Origin: Bacteriovoracia bacterium
GTDB taxonomy: Bacteria > Bdellovibrionota > UBA1018 > JBFWNL01
Length of the DNA stretch: 64,000 bases
Assembly (NCBI GenBank): GCA_050251055.1
Contig: JBFWNL010000001.1
Coordinates: 203,825-267,824 of the forward strand
Direction: 5' to 3'
Shown piece by piece: positions 1 to 9,989 of the stretch (positions are counted from its first letter, which is position 1; each line of letters begins with the position of its first letter). The position numbers and the translations under genes were made by a program. The notes beneath the pieces are model-generated. The model searched no databases. It worked only from the letters and a program-made list of their open reading frames with translations, and had not been told where the DNA came from.

Positions 1-2106
1 GCCTCACAGACCATCATCTTGGCCGAGGAGATCCATTTCAACCTGGATACGAGCGCGGGAACCATTGTCGGTGGCAAGGTCACGAACGGACAATTCCTGC
101 TTGTAGGGGAACGAATCAACAAGCTAGGCCAAGGGCGGTACCAGACGCATAAGGCCGAATACACCACGTGCCGTGACTGCCCCGGCAGCTGGTCGTTCAT
201 GGGCGATGACGTGGATATCGAGTTCGAAGGCTACATGCACATGAGCAATGTCTCGGCGAAGGTGAAGGATACGCCAATGCTCTGGTTTCCCTATCTGATC
301 ATTCCCGTGAAGACGAAGCGCCAGTCGGGCTTGCTTTTTCCCAAGCTGCGCTTCAGTAAATCTTATTTTCGCTACGTGCAGCCTTTCTTCTGGGCCACGA
401 GCCGCAGTACGGACATGACCATTGGGCTTGGAGGCTACTCCGACCGCGGATTTCGCGCGGAGTGGGAGGGGCGTTACGCCCTCTCGCCGACAAGCAGCGG
501 GGTGGCGCGGGTGTTTTACCTGAGGGATCGGGAAACCGCGGACGACTTCAATGCCCAGCAGCTGGGCCACGCGAATAATCGGTGGGCAATCGACTTCACC
601 CAGAAGCAGGATCTGCCGCTGGATGTACGCCTGAAGTTTCGGTTTCTCGACATCAGTGATCGCAACTACCTGTTGGAGTTTTCGGATGACGTGCCCGGGC
701 GTGGGGAGTCGGTGCTGGCCTCCGATCTCATCCTCTCGCACGCGACGCCGACGGTAAGCACGAACGTGGCGTTCCGCCGGTTTCGGAGTCTGCTTAATTT
801 CGAGCAAAACCCCACGACCTTCGACGATCGGACCGTGCAGCTCTATCCGAAGGTGGATGTCTCGACGAATAACCGCTTTCTTTTTGGCACGCCTATCGCG
901 GCGGGCCTGTCGGTGGGGCTGTATAACTTCATGCGCTCGGGAGACGCGAACTACGGCTCTTTCGATGGCGCATACGATTTTGACCCCGATCGACCGACCC
1001 AAACGGGTATCCCGACCGCGATCCCGGGGCTGGATCCCTTGCGACGGGCGGTGCGCTTCTCCGTTTTCCCAACCGTTTACACCACGCTCCGGCCCGGCGA
1101 CGTGTTTTCACTCGTCCCCTCGGTGCAGTACCGGGGTTATTTTTATTCGTTTAACGGCGCGGAAGAGCCGCTGGGCCGCGGCTACCTGCTTTTTCAGACG
1201 GAGCTCTCCACCCAGTTCGAGCGCATCTATGACATGGACGATCCGGATATCCCCAAGCTCAAGCATCTGGTTCGGCCATTCGTTCGCTATTCCCGTATCG
1301 GCGCGCGATGGGAAGACGAAAGCCACCCCTTTATTCAGCAGATCGCTCGCCGGGACGGATACAAATTCGACAATAACGATATCGTCCCCTATGGCGGCAA
1401 CGTAAGCTTGGTAAACTACTTCACCCCCTTGGGGAACTCTCTGACCTATGGCTTCACCACCCAGTGGATTCGCCGCAAGGGCGCGCTGAATGCCACGGAT
1501 CCGTCTTATCAACGCATCGTGGAGTTTCGTGCCGGCCAGACCTTGGACTTGGTAGAGCTCGACAAGCCGGACGAGAACAAACGCATCCCGTTTACCCGCC
1601 TGGAAACCGGCTTGGGCCTGAATTTTGACCGGTGGACTTCTTCCACCCAGTACAATTTCTATCCTTTTTTGAGTCGGCTGTTTCCGGTCACGGGCGGCCC
1701 GAGCCTGCAGTCACCCCATGAGTTCTCCACTCACTTTTCCTATTCGCTTATTCAGGAGATGCACCAAGAGATCCTGCTTTTCCAACGTAGCTTGTGGGCC
1801 GCTTATTCTTTTCAGCGTATCAGCGGCAATACCTCAAACCTACGCGCCGGCATCACGTACTCGCTTAGTGATTACGTCATGCCATCGCTCTCCGGATCCT
1901 ATGATTTTACCCAGCACTATTTCAACAGCGCGACGTTAGAAGTGAAGTTCCAAAGCCCGTCGCGTTGTTGGGCCTTTAGCATCAAAGCGGATTTTCGTAT
2001 CGACCGCATCGGTTCGGAGTGGGAGTTTCCGCCCGATTTGTCGCTCAATCTCGTAGGTACGGGATTCGACGGCGTGAGCGGCGTCACCAATCGCGTGATT
2101 CGGTAG
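1..2106 (+). CDS. lptD: LPS-assembly outer membrane protein LptD (5'-partial)
   Basis: Frame is open from base 1. Contains YTTC..CP.SW, 'P..WFPYL..P...KRQSGLLFP' and a C-terminal beta-barrel with 'SPSRCWAF', typical of LptD. Confidence 0.85.
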   Translation, partial: ASQTIILAEEIHFNLDTSAGTIVGGKVTNGQFLLVGERINKLGQGRYQTHKAEYTTCRDCPGSWSFMGDDVDIEFEGYMHMSNVSAKVKDTPMLWFPYLIIPVKTKRQSGLLFPKLRFSKSYFRYVQPFFWATSRSTDMTIGLGGYSDRGFRAEWEGRYALSPTSSGVARVFYLRDRETADDFNAQQLGHANNRWAIDFTQKQDLPLDVRLKFRFLDISDRNYLLEFSDDVPGRGESVLASDLILSHATPTVSTNVAFRRFRSLLNFEQNPTTFDDRTVQLYPKVDVSTNNRFLFGTPIAAGLSVGLYNFMRSGDANYGSFDGAYDFDPDRPTQTGIPTAIPGLDPLRRAVRFSVFPTVYTTLRPGDVFSLVPSVQYRGYFYSFNGAEEPLGRGYLLFQTELSTQFERIYDMDDPDIPKLKHLVRPFVRYSRIGARWEDESHPFIQQIARRDGYKFDNNDIVPYGGNVSLVNYFTPLGNSLTYGFTTQWIRRKGALNATDPSYQRIVEFRAGQTLDLVELDKPDENKRIPFTRLETGLGLNFDRWTSSTQYNFYPFLSRLFPVTGGPSLQSPHEFSTHFSYSLIQEMHQEILLFQRSLWAAYSFQRISGNTSNLRAGITYSLSDYVMPSLSGSYDFTQHYFNSATLEVKFQSPSRCWAFSIKADFRIDRIGSEWEFPPDLSLNLVGTGFDGVSGVTNRVIR

Positions 2107-2140
2107 TATTTTGACGGCAAGGGCGGCAAGGTCGTCCGCT

Positions 2141-2169
2141 TTGATTCGCTTTGGTGCGGGGTGTATTCT
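2141..2169 (+). promoter_or_regulatory. sigma70-type promoter for surE, probably giving a leaderless mRNA
   Basis: TTGATT-17 nt-TATTCT, with ATG 6 nt after the -10 box and no SD sequence. Confidence 0.5.
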
Positions 2170-2175
2170 ATTACC

Positions 2176-2973
2176 ATGCGCATCCTGATCTCCAATGACG
2201 ATGGTGTTTACGCTCCCGGAATCCAAGCCTTGCAGCGCGCTTTCGCGAAGCTGGGAGAGACCTGGGTAGTGGCGCCGCTGGAGGAAAAAAGCACCACTGG
2301 TCATTCGCTCACGCTTCATAAACCTCTGCGCGTGCTGAACCTGGAGCGCGAGCTCGGCAAGCGTTACTTCGGCGTGAGCGGATCGCCCGCCGATTGCATT
2401 TACCTGGCCACACGCCACCTATTACGGGCAAAACCCGATCTCGTGGTTTCGGGGATCAACCGGGGCGCAAATTTGGGCCAGGACATCTATTACTCGGGCA
2501 CGGTTTCCGCCGCCCGTGAAGCCGCCATGCTCGAGATTCCGGCGCTAGCGGTGAGCCTGGTGATCAATTTCAAACGCCAGCAGAAGCGCGGTCAAGATTT
2601 TCATTATGCGACGGCCGCGCGCTACGCCGTGGAACTGGCGCGCCGCTGGAAAACGCTCGCCGTGCCGAATCACACGCTCTTGAACCTCAACGTGCCGGAC
2701 GCGCCCTACGCGAAGGTAAGGGGGCTCAAGAGCGGTCACCAGGGGTTTCGCTACTACGAGGGCACGGTGCTTAAGCGTCGCGATCATCGGGGGCGCGATT
2801 ACTACTGGGTGGGCGGGATGTACCAGGGGCATGATCGACGAGACGAGACCGATTGTGATTGGGTGGAGCGGGGCTACGCCGCCGTGACGCCGATCAAGAT
2901 CGACGCGACCGATACGCTGTGTTTGGCGCGGCTGCAGGAAAGAATCGCGGCGAAACCCGGGGGGCGAAGGTGA
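2176..2973 (+). CDS. surE: 5'/3'-nucleotidase SurE
   Basis: MRILISNDDG, GSPADC and SGINRGANLG..IYYSGTV motifs. Confidence 0.97.
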   Translation: MRILISNDDGVYAPGIQALQRAFAKLGETWVVAPLEEKSTTGHSLTLHKPLRVLNLERELGKRYFGVSGSPADCIYLATRHLLRAKPDLVVSGINRGANLGQDIYYSGTVSAAREAAMLEIPALAVSLVINFKRQQKRGQDFHYATAARYAVELARRWKTLAVPNHTLLNLNVPDAPYAKVRGLKSGHQGFRYYEGTVLKRRDHRGRDYYWVGGMYQGHDRRDETDCDWVERGYAAVTPIKIDATDTLCLARLQERIAAKPGGRR

Positions 2974-3596
2974 GCCGGGGGTGGTCACGGGCGGTTTCCG
3001 TCGTGCTCGTCGGCTTGGCGCTTGCGTCGGGCTGTGCCACGCGCGGGGGACAAAACAGGCGCGGGTGGATGGATCACTGGTCTCGGAACTCAGAGCCTTC
3101 GATCAGTTCGCGTGACCTTCGCGAAATTCGGGCCGAAGCGGCGACTTGGCAGTGGCCGGTGGCGCGCCCGCAGGTGACCTCGATTTTTGGGCCGCGCAAC
3201 GGGACCGCCCACGAGGGCATTGACTTGAGGGCGAAGATGAAGACGAAGGTGTTAGCGGCCGATGCCGGCACGGTCGTCTATTCCGATTCTCGCATCGGCG
3301 GTTACGGACGCATGGTCGTCATTAAGCATGACCGCGAGTTATTCACGGTGTACGCGCATCACTCGCGCAACTTGGTGAAAGCGGGGCAAAAGGTGAAGCG
3401 AGGCCAGCAAATCGCGCTTTCGGGTAAGTCCGGCAACGCGAGCGGTCCGCACCTGCACTTCGAAATCCGCCGCGGAACCGTGGCCATTGACCCCATCGCC
3501 GTGCTGCCCGATCCGCTGCCTCGTCCGGCGCGCACGAAACGCGGGGGCGCCAAGCGGGATCGGCTGCTCGCGGACAGCCAGAAAAACCAAGGGTAA
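2970..3596 (+). CDS. M23 family metallopeptidase lipoprotein (NlpD-like, no LysM)
   Basis: GTG start overlaps the surE stop. Lipobox LASGC; HEGID and GPHLHFE zinc motifs. Confidence 0.9.
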   Translation: MSRGWSRAVSVVLVGLALASGCATRGGQNRRGWMDHWSRNSEPSISSRDLREIRAEAATWQWPVARPQVTSIFGPRNGTAHEGIDLRAKMKTKVLAADAGTVVYSDSRIGGYGRMVVIKHDRELFTVYAHHSRNLVKAGQKVKRGQQIALSGKSGNASGPHLHFEIRRGTVAIDPIAVLPDPLPRPARTKRGGAKRDRLLADSQKNQG

Positions 3597-3608
3597 GCGC
3601 TAGCCGGG

Positions 3609-4295
3609 TCAGTTAGTATTAAGCAGGATTTTTGCTTTCTGTTCGGTGATTCGGCAAGCGTGCTCGCGGACGATCGAATTGTAGTCCCACATTTTAGCGG
3701 TGCAGCCAAACCTCGACACGGGCGAGGTCTCCTGCAGCTCGAAAAAGTCTTCGTGGTCGTACTCGTACATTTCCGCGCCGAAGAATCCTGTGCCTTTTCC
3801 AAGCAGTCGTTTGCCGTGGTGCGATCTTTCGATGGCGAATCTGCCATTGATGACTCGGGAGCGTTCCGAGACATCCCTCAATTGCAAGAAGCAAACTCCC
3901 AGGTCGCGGTAGGCGGTTTGGTAGGCATCAAACGCTTGCGGATTCACCCCACTATTGCCCGGCTGCACGTGCAACAAACCGTAGATGATTTGCGTCTTCG
4001 CATTTTTCAGCTCATGCCAAGTTGGGTTCGGATCAATTTTGGGATTCAGCATCGCTTCGCAATAGCGTTTATTGGTTAGCTCCTGCGGCCTCCCCTTGTC
4101 GCCGACAAAGAGGATGGCGCAAGCGCCCGGGCCCACCGTGAGGTTGTCTAGGCTCACGGAAGACTCCGCGCCAATGCCGCTGAGGGGCGTCTGGTCGCAG
4201 CCTCCATTGTCTTCGGATGCGTTCGCCTGGAAGGAGGTACCCCTAGCCAGGATGCTCAAGGTCAGCAGGACGGTAGAAAATCGTAGAATCGGCAT
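3609..4295 (-). CDS. hypothetical secreted protein
   Basis: 228 aa ORF with signal-peptide-like N-terminus and AGGAG SD; several Cys; no recognised family. Confidence 0.65.
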   Translation of the reverse strand: MPILRFSTVLLTLSILARGTSFQANASEDNGGCDQTPLSGIGAESSVSLDNLTVGPGACAILFVGDKGRPQELTNKRYCEAMLNPKIDPNPTWHELKNAKTQIIYGLLHVQPGNSGVNPQAFDAYQTAYRDLGVCFLQLRDVSERSRVINGRFAIERSHHGKRLLGKGTGFFGAEMYEYDHEDFFELQETSPVSRFGCTAKMWDYNSIVREHACRITEQKAKILLNTN

Positions 4296-4470
4296 AATTG
4301 CTCCTTTGTGAAGCGGGGAGAATGTGACTCATTGCGTTATAGCTGTCCACCTCTTCTCACGGCAGCAGGAAAAGAGCTTACTCATCCGCGCGGAAGGCGA
4401 ACGGGATGCGCACGTCGGGATCGTTTGCTATAGTCCAGCTATCCCGCCGGTATCGTTGTAGTTGTCGAGG

Positions 4471-4545
4471 GGAGCCGTAGTTAAATGGATATAACGGGTG
4501 TTTCCTAAACATCTATTACAGGTTCGATTCCTGTCGGTTCCACCA
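4471..4545 (+). tRNA. tRNA-Arg(CCT)
   Basis: Acceptor stem GGAGCCG/CGGTTCC, anticodon loop TTCCTAA, T-loop TTCGATT, encoded CCA. Confidence 0.95.
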
Positions 4546-4612
4546 TCTTTCCACAAAAACAAAAGACGCGTCCCCCTCAAGACGCGCCTTTTGTTTTTGT
4601 GGAAAGATGGTG
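4541..4612. repeat. 32-bp inverted repeat overlapping the tRNA-Arg 3' end
   Basis: 4541-4572 versus the reverse complement of 4581-4612: 31/32 match, 8-nt loop. Confidence 0.9.
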
Positions 4613-4657
4613 AATGCGACGAACAAATCGCGGAGCGAGCGGTACGCCTCTCCGGTA

Positions 4658-5737
4658 TTATTGAGCGATCGAGATCGACCGGCGGAGGCCGAATAAGTTT
4701 ATCGCCGCGGCGCTGAGGGCGAGCGTCGGGTCAAGAAAGGTAAAACCGGTAGCTCGATCCCAGCGAGCCAAGCGGAGCGTATTGCCGACGCCGATCACGG
4801 CGTAGCGATCACTTCGGCTTAGGAAGAGGGCGGCTCCGCTTCCAGCCAAATTGAGGGTGTGAAGAGGACTGCTTGCCAGGCCGGAGGATGAAACTGCGAA
4901 TACGGAAAGCGTTTGCCCTGATTTGTGAGAGACGAAAAGGAGGCTTCCGTCTTCGGAGAGCGCCAAAAAATTCGGCTGAGCCGCTGAGCTTACCTGATTT
5001 AGGAGGGTTAGAGCGCCCTCTTGAATGAGATAGGTGAGGACTACGCCGGCGTTATAACCCGCACCGTAGATGCGATCCCCCGTGGCGTCGAAGACAATGT
5101 CCTGCATGAACGCCGCATTCGTCGTCGACGCATAGACTGTGAGGGCACCAGAACTAGAGTCTAGATCATAGACCGTGAGCTGAGCTGGAACGGAGTCGAG
5201 TATGGCGATTCGCCGGGAATCCGGAGACACCGCGAACTTCCAACATGGAACGTGTCCGGTCGACAATGGGGTAGCGGCGCCGTTAATGAGTCCGTCGGAT
5301 AAGGGAAAGCGGACAATCTCTCCGGCGGTATTGGTGCAGGCAAACAGCCACTTCCCGTCGGGAGTAATCACCGCTTGCGTGGGGTTGTCGGGGAGGGAAA
5401 TGCTTTGGCGTTGTTCGAAGCTTGCGTCGGCCTCCTTGCCGATCGCAAGTCGCGTAATTGTGTCAGTGGCCGAGGACAGGAGGTAGATGTCTTGGTTGTG
5501 CACGGCGGCAGAAGTTAGGGCGGCCGTATAGCTTGCCAATTCAATTAATTCTCCCGATGCATAATTCACCGAGATTTTTCGCACGCGCGCGCTGGTGGTC
5601 ACCGCGACATCCTGCCAATACAAACTGGGTTGATGAAAATGGGCAGTGCAACCGGGGGTCGTCATGAGTACGAGAAGTGTAGTCAGGACTTTTTTGTATC
5701 GCGAGCCCATGGCGGACATTGTATCCAATGTGCCCAC
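4658..5737 (-). CDS. lactonase-like beta-propeller protein, probable lipoprotein
   Basis: Repeated ITPDGKWLFA / VSPDSRRIA / FDATGDRIY / LSEDGSLLF blades. Hydrophobic N-terminus ending TPGC. Start codon uncertain. Confidence 0.7.
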   Translation of the reverse strand: MGTLDTMSAMGSRYKKVLTTLLVLMTTPGCTAHFHQPSLYWQDVAVTTSARVRKISVNYASGELIELASYTAALTSAAVHNQDIYLLSSATDTITRLAIGKEADASFEQRQSISLPDNPTQAVITPDGKWLFACTNTAGEIVRFPLSDGLINGAATPLSTGHVPCWKFAVSPDSRRIAILDSVPAQLTVYDLDSSSGALTVYASTTNAAFMQDIVFDATGDRIYGAGYNAGVVLTYLIQEGALTLLNQVSSAAQPNFLALSEDGSLLFVSHKSGQTLSVFAVSSSGLASSPLHTLNLAGSGAALFLSRSDRYAVIGVGNTLRLARWDRATGFTFLDPTLALSAAAINLFGLRRSISIAQ

Positions 5738-7182
5738 TACGGGCCAGGGGCATCACTGATCCCCGTGCCGGAATGTGTTCCGGCGCCGCCGTCGTCCACG
5801 GTGGTGGGTTCGACGTAGACGCCGTCGCCTGAATCCGTCACCGCGAAGCGGATGCGCTGGCAGATAGTGTGAAGCGAGTAAGTAACGGCGGCGAAATAGT
5901 CATCACCCGAGTGGGGCGTACCCCAATTCGGCATCACGCAATATAGATCTCCGCTCGCGGGATCGCGTCCAACCGTCGGGTCGGTTACATGGGCCCCCCC
6001 GCCGGTGACCGTGCAGGAGCTGAGCACCCATCCGTTAGCGGCGTTACAAGCCATGCCCGCGTAGCCAGGTTTGTCTGGAATGAAATATGCGCGAAAGATG
6101 GAGTTGGCTGCGATTCCCTTGGGAGTGTCGATGGGGGTGATCCCGCATCGGCCTTCTTCGCCCATGTGGTTTTGATTACCGAAATTTTTATGCAGTAATG
6201 GCCATTGGGGGCGGTGATTCTCGTGGTAGCTGGGCAAAAGGTACAAGCGATAGTCAGGATCGCCGCTCGAAGCATCGGGGGGGATTGTGGTAATTCCGGG
6301 AGGCAGAGAGCCACCAGGATTCGCGCCGGGCACCGGGGCGGGATCGATGCTGCCGTCAGGGGCGATGAGATGCAGCCCGTCCGGCCAGATCACGTATTTG
6401 GTTTTGCTGCCGTCGGACATGACGCCGGTGACTTTCGTGCCGTATGCCGGCTTGTATCGACGGGCTAGGTCGAGATCCGCATCATCCACTCGTCGGTCAC
6501 AGCCCACCTTGTGTAACGCGAGCGCCTTTCGTTTGGCGATGGCGACTTCGTTGATGAGTTGCGGTCCCAAGAAAGCGTTGGGATCCGCGCAACTCACGAC
6601 TTCGCCGCCCTGGCTGGGGTCGGTCAGCAGGGCGACCGGAAGATGTCTTTCCCATGCCTGGGTTCCCAAAGAATTTCCGGCCGCCGCCTTCACGGAAAAT
6701 AGCGCGAGGTGTCGTTTCAGAAGCCGATTGATGCCGGGGGCTCCGCTCGGATCGGGAACCTGCACGGTGTCTGGCCGCAGCCCGATCCGGGAGTTAAGCG
6801 TCATCGAGACCACGCTTTGGTGGGAGCCCACGACCGAACCGAGTTTGAGAACGGCTTGCTCGCCTGCCCTCACTTCTTCAACTGCGGTCGTATAGACGTT
6901 ACTGGGGTTGCGGGGGTTGAACCGGACGTAGGTGCCGTCGGCGGCGCGAAATGCGCGCCCACAAGCTTCGGGTGTCGAGAAGATTTGCTGCAAGGAAGCG
7001 GTTACATTGTTTAGATCGGTTTTTCCGGTAACGCTTTGGCTAAACCTAGCGCTGTGAACCAGGCCATCCGCGAGAGCGAGTAGGACTATGGAAATACACG
7101 CCATCGCGAGCAGGACGGTGACCAAGGAAAATCCCCGTCTCGTGTAAAACAAGCGCAAACCCGGTATTGGACTAGGGGCCAT
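5737..7182 (-). CDS. large prepilin-type (type IV pilin/pseudopilin N-terminus) protein
   Basis: RRG|FSLVTVLLAMACISIVLL class III signal, followed by a pilin-like domain and a Cys/Pro-rich C-terminal domain. Start placed at MAPSP (uncertain). Confidence 0.7.
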   Translation of the reverse strand: MAPSPIPGLRLFYTRRGFSLVTVLLAMACISIVLLALADGLVHSARFSQSVTGKTDLNNVTASLQQIFSTPEACGRAFRAADGTYVRFNPRNPSNVYTTAVEEVRAGEQAVLKLGSVVGSHQSVVSMTLNSRIGLRPDTVQVPDPSGAPGINRLLKRHLALFSVKAAAGNSLGTQAWERHLPVALLTDPSQGGEVVSCADPNAFLGPQLINEVAIAKRKALALHKVGCDRRVDDADLDLARRYKPAYGTKVTGVMSDGSKTKYVIWPDGLHLIAPDGSIDPAPVPGANPGGSLPPGITTIPPDASSGDPDYRLYLLPSYHENHRPQWPLLHKNFGNQNHMGEEGRCGITPIDTPKGIAANSIFRAYFIPDKPGYAGMACNAANGWVLSSCTVTGGGAHVTDPTVGRDPASGDLYCVMPNWGTPHSGDDYFAAVTYSLHTICQRIRFAVTDSGDGVYVEPTTVDDGGAGTHSGTGISDAPGP

Positions 7183-7294
7183 GACATTGGGGGCCGGGTT
7201 TGCGCTTGTTGCTTGCCATCCCGAATGGGGCTTATTTCGAGAACTTTGTTTTTTTTCCGTCCCGCGCTCCGTCATGCAGAAACAATAACGCACA

Positions 7295-7589
7295 GAGTTA
7301 TATTAATCAACAAAAATATGAAAAATAAATATCCTCTATTTTTATTATAATTATCTGTAATTATTTATTATTTTTATTAATTTTATTTTTATATAAAAAT
7401 ATTTAAATAAAATATGAAAAATAAATTTCAGATTAAGTGAAAAAGTGGGTTTCATTTTGATTTAAGAGGATAAATTTTCATTTTTTTATTGATTTAATTT
7501 GTATGAAAGCAAAATGTAATCATAACTATTTAATAATAATAATTATTTTAATATTATAGTTTTTCATTATTATAATATATAATTAGTGT
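7295..7589. promoter_or_regulatory. extremely AT-rich divergent intergenic/promoter region
   Basis: About 295 bp almost devoid of G/C, between divergent genes in an otherwise GC-rich window. Confidence 0.7.
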
Positions 7590-8468
7590 ATGGATTCGAT
7601 TCCCTCGTTGCGTGGAGCGCCGGACATTTATCAGTTCGATCGTTATACGCAGTACCTAAACGCTTGGGTGGAGTTTTTGCGAAGCTCAGGAGCAGCCACG
7701 CCGAAGGCGGAACTCGCAAAGATCGCCCGGATTTCGCTCCCTTATTTTTCTTTAATCCTCTCCGGGAAACGAAAGCTCAATTCGCAGGTGAGGGATGCCT
7801 TGAGTGAAAACTTGCGCTTGGACGAGCGGGAGGTCCGGTTTTTTCAGGCCCTCGTTCGTTTGAATACCGAAAAAGACATCGACGCACGGGTGCAGGCGTT
7901 GGATGAAATGCGCTCCCAATGGCGCTTTCGGAGCCAAAAACCAGCGGAAAGCGAGGCTTTTGGATATTTGTCGAAGTCTTATATCCCCACTATTCGGGAG
8001 ATGGCGGCTTTCGATGATTTTCGGCTCGACGCGGATTGGATTCGCTCCCGATTGGTCGAAGACGTGCCGAAGTCGGAAATCGAAAAGGCCGTGAAGTTTC
8101 TGCTGAAACATCAGCTTATCGAGCGTGTCCCGGGAGGAAGAATACGGCCGTCAAAGAAGGTGATTCGCTGTGATCCTGAGCTATATCGGGTTTCGTTGGC
8201 GGCTTACCACAAAAAGATGTTAGGGCGCGCATCCGAAGCCATTTTCCAGACTCCGCGGCGCGAGCGTAATATCACCGGACTGACCGTGGCGATCAATGAG
8301 GAGGCATTCGACGAGGTGCGGGATATCATTGATACGGCTGTCGCCCAAATCGTAGAGGTAGCGCGCCGCCAAGAGACTCGCAACGCCGTCTATCACGTGA
8401 ATTTGGTTCTGTTTCCCACCGCAACGTCAAAGCCGAGTAAGGCCGACGACGGCTCCCAGGAGGTTTAA
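7590..8468 (+). CDS. TIGR02147/DUF4423-like HTH-containing protein
   Basis: 'DIYQFDRYTQYL', HTH-like 'ELAK.A.IS..YFSLILSGKRKL', 'IREMA..DF..D..WI', 'RERNITGLTVAI' and 'VYHVNLVLFP' match this family. Confidence 0.8.
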   Translation: MDSIPSLRGAPDIYQFDRYTQYLNAWVEFLRSSGAATPKAELAKIARISLPYFSLILSGKRKLNSQVRDALSENLRLDEREVRFFQALVRLNTEKDIDARVQALDEMRSQWRFRSQKPAESEAFGYLSKSYIPTIREMAAFDDFRLDADWIRSRLVEDVPKSEIEKAVKFLLKHQLIERVPGGRIRPSKKVIRCDPELYRVSLAAYHKKMLGRASEAIFQTPRRERNITGLTVAINEEAFDEVRDIIDTAVAQIVEVARRQETRNAVYHVNLVLFPTATSKPSKADDGSQEV

Positions 8469-8581
8469 CTATTTATAAAATAAGGATTTTATCCGTTATT
8501 GATGCGCGTCTTAATATCATAGTAAAATGGTACACTAATAATGGGGGGCGCTTTCTGATTCGTCGATTTTGCTTCATCGGA

Positions 8582-9226
8582 ATGCTTACTTTATTATCCA
8601 CTGGCTGTCTGCCTCGGGGCGACGGAGCTACCGTGTTCCCCAATCCTCAATACCCCGATCTTCAGCTATTGGTCGGTGAGTTCGCAAAGGTGGATGGAGC
8701 GGGGTCCGGCCTGGGGGGATTCGTGGACTTCGGGGTTTGTGTGCAGGGGATTCGCTTTACTTACTCCACCGCCGGGCTTTTAGCCCCCGAGACCTACACG
8801 CAGGAGTTTGAGGCGACTTGGATCCAGCTGAAAGCGGAAGGACAGACCCGCGATGCCGTGGCCGTGGCTCGAGTGCCCTGGAAATTGGGAGATGCCGACA
8901 TCCTTGGCACCGAGCTGTTGCTGGGGAGTTGTCAGTCGCGAAGCATCGCGTTCACTCAGACGCAAGGTTCGTTTCAGTGGGAAAGCGCCGGTCTTTCTGT
9001 TTATTCCCCCGTCCACTATGAATTCTTGGGCGACGGGGGAGCGCTTGCCGCGGATACGAGGGCGTCTCGGGAGCTGGGTTTCGGGTTGCGGGATCTCATT
9101 AGCCGAGCAGTTAAAGTTCAATCCGATCAGGAGATTGCCCCTTTGCTGGAGCGCGTGCGCGAAGGAGTTTTCGTGAACGGTGGATTTCAGTTTCCGCTTG
9201 GCAAGCAGATCCACCCCCTGCAGTAG
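8582..9226 (+). CDS. hypothetical lipoprotein
   Basis: Lipobox-like LSTGC followed by GATVFPNP; the true start is probably slightly upstream. Confidence 0.6.
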   Translation: MLTLLSTGCLPRGDGATVFPNPQYPDLQLLVGEFAKVDGAGSGLGGFVDFGVCVQGIRFTYSTAGLLAPETYTQEFEATWIQLKAEGQTRDAVAVARVPWKLGDADILGTELLLGSCQSRSIAFTQTQGSFQWESAGLSVYSPVHYEFLGDGGALAADTRASRELGFGLRDLISRAVKVQSDQEIAPLLERVREGVFVNGGFQFPLGKQIHPLQ

Positions 9227-9326
9227 CAAACGTCTGCGCTTCTTGCCGAGTGACCGCCCGGCTTGTCGATTGTCGGAAGTAGCAAAGCCCCTTATACTGC
9301 TGGAGTACGATGCCTACGGATGACGA

Positions 9327-9449
9327 TCACGAAAGGTCTTCAAAAAAAGTACCGAAACGGCGCTGCGGGTCATTCACCTGCAGATCCAACACCCAAACCG
9401 CACCTGCGCTTCGAAATCCGCCGCGGAACCGTGGCCATTGACCCCATCG
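9327..9449. repeat. chimeric duplication junction (M24 gene 3' end fused to an M23 gene fragment)
   Basis: 9327-9401 matches 10862-10936 (69/75). 9398-9449 matches 3447-3498 (51/52). The two pieces overlap at CCGC. Confidence 0.9.
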
Positions 9450-9588
9450 TCAGATATCGGCGGTTTGCCCAGATTTCGTTTTAAATTTCAGGCGGCCGGA
9501 GTGGGCGAGGTGGCCTATGCCACTCCGGTTTGCGATGCTGGCGGGAAGTAGTCTTTCTGGTTGCGTCCGTGTCCCTGGAGTTCAGTCC

Positions 9589-9978
9589 CTACTGGATTCG
9601 GCACGTGGCCATTTTGATGATGTGCGGATCCAAATTGGTGGTGAGTGTAAAACCAAACGCGTCTGCTTCTGGACCGTAGAAGTACGCTACCCACTCGCTC
9701 ATGCTGGGCTCGGTCATGTTGGAGGCTTCTTTTTCGCTTAGTCCGAAATGTTTACAAATGAGCCAGGGATATTTCGGATTTGCCCAGAGAGGAAAGTTCG
9801 TTCCGAACCCCATATCTCGATCGAGTGAGATCGAGATGTCGGTGATGTACGCGATGTTCTGCTCAGGGGATTTAAAGATCTTCGCTATCAGGGTTGCCTG
9901 AACGCTTTCGGCTTGAACGTGCCCGGCAAGGCCCAGGAGCATAAGGATTGGAATCAAGAATGTTTGGGGGATTTTCAT
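9589..9978 (-). CDS. small secreted hypothetical protein
   Basis: Signal peptide ending VQA|; AGGAG SD. Confidence 0.65.
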   Translation of the reverse strand: MKIPQTFLIPILMLLGLAGHVQAESVQATLIAKIFKSPEQNIAYITDISISLDRDMGFGTNFPLWANPKYPWLICKHFGLSEKEASNMTEPSMSEWVAYFYGPEADAFGFTLTTNLDPHIIKMATCRIQ

Positions 9979-9989
9979 GTGGATACTCC

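Noticed and set aside
9327-9449. Diversity-generating retroelement template/variable repeat pair
   Set aside because: Mismatches to 10862-10936 are mixed (g/a, t/c, a/g, a/t, c/g, a/c) rather than adenine-specific, and the window has no reverse transcriptase. A duplication junction explains it better.
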